The translations under genes were made by a program, and so were the position numbers. A DNA stretch of 64,000 bases from an uncultured Acidobacteriota bacterium (GTDB lineage Bacteria > Actinomycetota > Acidimicrobiia > Spongiisociales > ZC4RG35), in the NCBI GenBank assembly GCA_963828465.1, contig CAWHEU010000022.1, positions 224,001-288,000 on the forward strand, in the 5' to 3' direction. The notes under the pieces were generated by a model. That model was not told where the DNA came from and made no database searches. It was given only the letters and a program-made list of their open reading frames with translations. This document shows, piece by piece, positions 61,371 through 64,000 of the stretch; within the stretch, counting starts at the first letter, position 1, and each line of letters begins with the position of its first letter.

Positions 61371-63122
61371 TCGGCGACGACCTCGTGGGGCATGATTCGA
61401 TACGCCTCCGCCATCAGGTCGTATCGCCGTGCAGTCCCCAGCTGGGACACGACGGCGCTCGGGTGATGGTCGTCGACGAATTCGTCCAGCCCTTCGAAGG
61501 GCCCGTCGACGTAGATGTACCGCCTCGCGCTGGCCAGCACTTTCTCCATGAGCACCGGGTCTCCACCCTGGCGTACCGCCGCTGCTTCGAGGTTGCGGGG
61601 GCGGAGACGGTGCTGACTGATCTCGGCGGCTCCCCATATCTCACGATCGGGGAGCGCCACGGCGAGCTCCGGCGCTCCGAGCTCCACCACCTTCTGCACC
61701 TCGGCGTCGCGCCGGATCAGCTCGGCCATGGCGTCCAGCTCGGGCATCGCGGGAATATCCCGCTTCTCGATCTCTGCCAGCGATCTGGAACAGCTCATCT
61801 ACCCGATGGTCGTACGTGTTGATGCCCAGCGATCGATTCAAGGCCCGATCAGCGATCTCCTGCATCGCGTCCAGGTCGGAGAGGAGCTCTCTCACGTCGG
61901 CCACGACATCGGGGCCGAGCATGGCGTACTCCACTCCTGGCTCCAGGAGCATCTCCATGCCGGGGAGATGATCAGAGAGAAGGACCGCCCCGCTTCCCAC
62001 CGCTTCGAGGACTCGCATGGTGATCGGGAAATGCCTGGTGCCACCTTCGTTGACGACGATCCGTGCCTTGGAGTACATGTCGGCCATGACATCGGCGGTG
62101 ACCTTCTCCCCGAAGGCAAGACGATGTCCGGGAAATGACGCTTCGAGCTCACGGACGATCTGCTGCCGCCTGCCGTACGGGCCCCCCTCCCAGAGCTTGG
62201 CGCCGACCAGAGCGACATCGAACGGTCGATCCTTCAGGGGGAGGCTGGGATCGAGGACCTCGGTGGCAACGCCAAACGGGAAGCGATAGACCGGGGTCGG
62301 GAACCACGGAGCCAGATGCCAGGAATGGGCGAGGAGAACGGCGTCGGCGCGGTATCGGTTGGCGAGCCGGAGATTGGTATGGAGGTGGTGCTCCCCGTGG
62401 TGCGCCCAGAACAGAGTGGGCACGCCGGTGGTCCCGATCACTTCGAGTGCCGGATATGGGCCCTCGACGAAGACGATCAGGTCGGTGTCTCCATCGACCT
62501 GATCGAGGTCGATGCCCTCGGTCTCCAGCCGAACGTGTGCCCCACTCCTTCGAAGAGCCGACTCGAGGTATTTCCCGGGATTCGAGTCGGTCTTGCGGTA
62601 GCAGATGATGACATTCCGATCATGGTGACGGTCGGGGGCCGGGGTGTACGGCGTTCGATGGTCGTCCGGTGTCTGGAAGAGGCCGATACCAGGTATCGGC
62701 GTGGCGAGATCGGGACGGTGCGGGGCGAGGGAGATGAGATCGACTTCGGGCGGGCAATCCATGTGAGGGGACCGGAACACCGTGCCACCTGTGGCTCGCG
62801 CTGCCGCTACCGCGGCTCCGATCCCATTGGGATGAGTCGGAAGGAAACATTCGGCGCCGGTGGCGACTGCAGCATCGGCCAGCCTTCGCATGATCCCCGA
62901 CTCTCGCCAGGACCTGGGCTGCGCCCTCCGGATCACGGAGCCGACGGGACCGAGCCCCATCGGTGAGTTGTTGGGAACCGTCGAGGCGACGGGGCCGGCA
63001 GGGGGCGCATTGTCGACTGCCACCACCGAGACCTCGTGACCGGCAGCGACCAACGCCCTATAGGTGGAGAGGGCGTTTCGGTCGTTGTGGAACCGGTTGC
63101 GTGCGACCAGGCAGAAATGCAT
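61367..63122 (-). CDS. CgeB-like GT-B glycosyltransferase; frameshift near 61775
   Basis: Motifs FPFG, YSKARIVVN, TMRVLEAVGSG and NTYDHR. The C-terminus is in ORF 61367..61798. Confidence 0.78.
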
Positions 63123-63146
63123 CGGTTGGAAGATCGTATCGACTCG

Positions 63147-64000
63147 TTATGAGTTGATCAGGTCCATGGATCGCCGGATGAACCCTGCCATCTGACCCCG
63201 GGTGACCGAATCGACGGGGCAGAACCGGTTGTTGTTCGGCGGATTGCAGCCGAAGGTGATGCCGGCTGCGGCCACACGGTTGATTGCTCCTTCGAATGCG
63301 GAAGCTTCGTCGTCGACGAAGGAATCCGTGCCGGTCGCCGGTAGGTCGAGGCCCCGAGACAGCATGGCGGCCATCTGCCCTCTCGGAATCTCCTGTTCAC
63401 CGCAGTACCGGTTGGGGGCACATCCGGTGGTGATGCCGGCTGCCGCCATCCGATTGGCAGCGTCTTCATAGAAGGCTCCCTCGTCGTCGACGAAGAAGTC
63501 GGTCGAGGTCTGGGGTGGGTCGAGTGCCCGGGTCAGGAACACCGCCATCTGACCCCGGGTCACGAGGTTCTCCGGGCAGTAGCGGATGTTCACGGGCGGA
63601 TCGCATCCCTGGGTGATACCGATCGCCGCCAGTTGGTCGATGGCGGCGAGGAACACCGAGTCGGAGGTATCGATGAACCTGCGCGTCAATGTACGCCCCG
63701 CGTTGACCCGTCCCGTCTCGACCCGGGACCCCACGATGCCTGGCCGGTCGACGAACGCCTTGATCCTGGCCACCAGCTCCTGATGCGCGATTCCCGGGTC
63801 GGCTTCCAGGAGAAGGGCCGCCACTCCCGCCACCACCGGGGAGGCGAAGGACGTTCCATCTGCGAACACATGCCCGCCCCCGGTGTCGGTAGTGAGAATC
63901 TCCACACCGGGAGCTGCCACATCGATCGTGGTGCGCCCGTAGTTGCTGAATCCGGCCAGCCGATCGAATCGGTCGGTGGCGGCCACACCTATGACGTTGG
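63147..64000 (-). CDS. S8 subtilisin-like serine protease with three SLH-like repeats; 5' end outside the window
   Basis: Motifs FSNYG, DVAAPG and GTSFASP; C-terminal SLH-like repeats. Confidence 0.9.
   Translation of the reverse strand, partial: NVIGVAATDRFDRLAGFSNYGRTTIDVAAPGVEILTTDTGGGHVFADGTSFASPVVAGVAALLLEADPGIAHQELVARIKAFVDRPGIVGSRVETGRVNAGRTLTRRFIDTSDSVFLAAIDQLAAIGITQGCDPPVNIRYCPENLVTRGQMAVFLTRALDPPQTSTDFFVDDEGAFYEDAANRMAAAGITTGCAPNRYCGEQEIPRGQMAAMLSRGLDLPATGTDSFVDDEASAFEGAINRVAAAGITFGCNPPNNNRFCPVDSVTRGQMAGFIRRSMDLINS

Noticed and set aside
1-64000. Mobile elements, prophage, defence systems, tRNA or rRNA
   Set aside because: No transposase, integrase, phage or defence motifs and no structural RNA signatures were recognised.

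Overview
High-GC bacterial DNA, most likely Actinomycetota. Acidimicrobiia is an inference from gene content: an LLM oxidoreductase, an lpdA-E2-lipB/lipA operon and many Cys-containing SLH-like repeats. There are three blocks. (1) 1-9.7 kb is metabolic: LLM oxidoreductase, TetR, acyl-CoA dehydrogenase, lpdA, E2 and a LipB-LipA fusion. (2) 9.7-21 kb holds cell-surface enzymes with SLH-like 'GCNPPxNxxFCP...TRGQMA' repeats (amidase, lyase, L,D-transpeptidase, M15 peptidase). It also holds a translationally coupled operon: MauE-like, a Tat-exported Cys-rich MauA-like protein fused to FG-GAP-like repeats, MauD-like, an unknown protein and an SLH protein. No MauB or MauG is in the window. (3) 21-64 kb is a large surface-glycan locus: cysDNC coupled to wzm/wzt, four sulfotransferases, five methyltransferases, a probable GT2-pyruvyltransferase fusion, rml/wecE genes, GT-C enzymes and a flippase, interleaved with more SLH-repeat enzymes. 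The best candidates for undescribed biology are the mau-like operon and an actinobacterial SLH / pyruvylated-sulfated wall-glycan anchoring system. Roughly 17 genes carry small frameshifts, probably uncorrected long-read indels, so every fusion or split call needs checking. I saw no rRNA, tRNA, CRISPR array or IS element. All calls come from motif recognition by eye, not from database searches.
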